Assembly: GCA_043228905.1 (NCBI GenBank)
Contig: JBHGNT010001135.1
Span: 1 to 11,690, forward strand
DNA from: Azolla caroliniana
Taxonomy: Eukaryota; Plantae; Polypodiophyta
Direction: 5' to 3'
Length of the DNA: 11,690 nt
Part shown: positions 9,646-11,690 of the stretch, piece after piece
How positions within the stretch are numbered: position 1 is the stretch's first letter
Layout: each line of letters begins with the position of its first letter
Program-made: the position numbers and the translations under genes
The notes under the pieces: model-generated
Seen by the model: only the letters and a program-made list of their open reading frames with translations
Databases searched by the model: none
Told to the model about the DNA's origin: nothing

Positions 9646-11315
9646 ACTCACCTCTCTATTATATACTTCATACATATCTCTTAATTCACAAGATGCACTG
9701 TGGAATGTAGGGGTTGAAGCCATGACCTCCTTGTCTCTCTCTCTCTCTCTTGTGCACACACATATACACCCATTTTTGAATGGGCAGAAGATAAAATGCG
9801 AGGCAATTTGGAGTTGGAGCATGCTTACATCAACAAAAGTTGGGAAATGTAAGTTGAAAATCTAGGTGTGTTTGGATTCTTACTTAGCATCAAAACAAAT
9901 TGGGAGACCTAAGATGTAATGTTAGGCATGTACAATCACACCACTTCATCCCACATTGTTGGAGTCTTGATTAATGAATCTACCTCTGTCACACATAGGA
10001 CTATGATCTTGGAATTAAGGATGAAGTGTTGGGAGGCCTTGACACATAATTTCACACTAGTGTGTTATGCCCTAACCAAGAGTTAAAGTAATTTATACTT
10101 TGATCTCAAGGATATGCTATTATTCAAGAGTTCACGTGAATCATATTTCTAGCCTCATAGGGACTTTTGTATGCTCTTGGCCCCATGGATTTATTTGACC
10201 TCTCTGTGTCTATCTTTGCATCTTAAAGTTTGCAAATTTGGCTTACTCTCCACTAGGTCCTTCTCAGGCAGGCATTTTGTAGTCTTCATTGTCTTACTTG
10301 AGTTAACATGTACGCTACCGTTAGACTTAGACATAAGGTCTTACACGTGTGTGTTCTTACCACACTAACCAAACCCCTTTATAGTCAAAGTTGGAGGTCA
10401 TGGATCTTGATGACGCAAGAAACTTGAAAGGAAGTTCATTGAAATGAGAGGGTAGTTTATCTTCTTTAGCAAGCAAGATAAATCCGGTTCAAGAGCAAAT
10501 CCATGCACACACAATGTAGATGGAGCAACATTTATTTTTTGCGTTTTGTAATCATTAAGTGGCATTTGCCCTTCGTCGATGATGCAAACAATAAACCTTT
10601 TATATGTTTTTCATTTCATAAAGTCAAAGTTATACTCTAATGGAATATACTGAATCATCAAAACATGGGAAAAAATATATCCAAGTTCCTGTAAGGTGAT
10701 GTCCCATTCTTGTAAACAAATTCAAGAAAAAGGTTAGAAAACTTCATAAATTTACTTTCTACGTTTCAACATATCCCTATGTTTCTACAACTTACTACTA
10801 GCATGTTCCACACAACATAACGTCAAAGTCGAGCTACATGACAAGGAATCTAATGTTTGATGACACAAGTCAAATAGCGTCATCGATTATGTTTAATTAA
10901 CCCTAATATTGTTTTTGTTTTCAAATGTAACGACAATGTCACCATCATCCACTATGGTTTTAGTATTATATACTTGTATTAGTTGATCTTTGTTGACTGT
11001 AGAAATTTAAATAAACAAAATCTCTTCTTCTTTTAAGGTTTTAAGGTATCAACACAAGGTACTATAATTTAAACAAAAGGAGTATCTCTTGCCTTTTTAA
11101 GCTATCAAAACCATAGCTACATCCATACTTTCACACCATATTTGTCACGTATATGAGCTCCAAACAATTGCTAGGGAATTCGCACAACTAGTTAACGCAT
11201 ATATCTCATAGCTTTGAGGTCCCTTGTACATAAGAAAGGACAATGTAAGTTTGTACAAGATGTTGCATCAACTATAACCAAGGATAACATCAATGTTTAA
11301 GAATTGTAGCATTGT

Positions 11316-11399
11316 CATCTAACTAACTAGATGGACTTTAGCCAAGAAGTTTGATAACATCTAACTAACTAGATGGATTTTAGCCAAGAAGTTTGATAA
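11316..11399. repeat. 2 x 42-bp tandem repeat (1 mismatch)
   Basis: CATCTAACTAACTAGATGGAYTTTAGCCAAGAAGTTTGATAA at 11316-11357 and 11358-11399. Confidence 0.95.
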
Positions 11400-11571
11400 G
11401 AGCTTAAACAATAAGAATGAGGCACACCCGCAATGTTCACACATACATAAGCACTAGGACTTTTGTGTCATTCCAATGGAATTTGTGATAAAGAGGACAA
11501 TGTCATTTCCGTTCAATACATGATTATATTGGAATGGAAGATAATTTGTAATGTATACAATGATATTCTAA

Positions 11572-11670
11572 TCAATGAGGCAAATAACACACCAACAAGT
11601 GTCTCATTTTTTGTACAAGAATGGCCAACTTTGCTAAATGATTCTCAAAGGCAGCCCTCCGACTAATATC
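11572..11670 (-). other. Candidate terminal coding exon of a gene extending beyond the window (DISRRAAFENHLAKLAILVQKMRHLLVCYLPH*)
   Basis: On the minus strand, CTGAC (branch-like) TCTTTTTGTTGCAG|G is a strong acceptor at 11671-11689, followed by 32 open codons in phase 0. The product is not recognised, and a LINE-remnant reading is also possible. Confidence 0.3.
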
Positions 11671-11690
11671 CTGCAACAAAAAGAGTCAGT

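Noticed and set aside
9860-10450. Possible LTR fragment (minus-strand CTATAAAGGGG near 10374-10384; palindrome CACACTAGTGTG at 10053-10064)
   Set aside because: No definable termini, TSD or second copy in the window.

Overview
Eukaryotic, AT-rich land-plant genomic DNA. Gene content and the density of (TC)n repeats suggest a non-seed plant such as a fern, but that is inference only. Two spliced genes sit head-to-head. One is a 3-exon DUF1218 / MODIFYING WALL LIGNIN-like membrane protein gene on the minus strand (join 2607-2702, 1324-1529, 633-1032; 233 aa from the 2702 ATG). The other is a 5-exon HHL1-like chloroplast protein gene on the plus strand (join 4905-5195, 5302-5439, 5921-6007, 6308-6355, 6440-6568; 230 aa). 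Their shared ~2.2 kb upstream region holds a 692-bp non-autonomous hAT element with a perfect 8-bp TSD, inserted in one unit of a 63-bp tandem duplication. Downstream is the most unusual structure, (TC)n-LINE A-(TC)n-LINE B-(TC)n. LINE A is a decayed 5'-truncated L1-type LINE (7514-9212, minus) with no poly(A) tail. LINE B is a 226-bp internally deleted relative (9329-9554) that shares BOTH ends with A, and every junction abuts a TC/GA microsatellite. A tRNA/SINE-like Pol III head follows immediately, and there is a possible terminal exon at the right edge. All identities and coordinates were determined by hand. No prokaryotic-type features (CRISPR, rRNA, operons) are supported.
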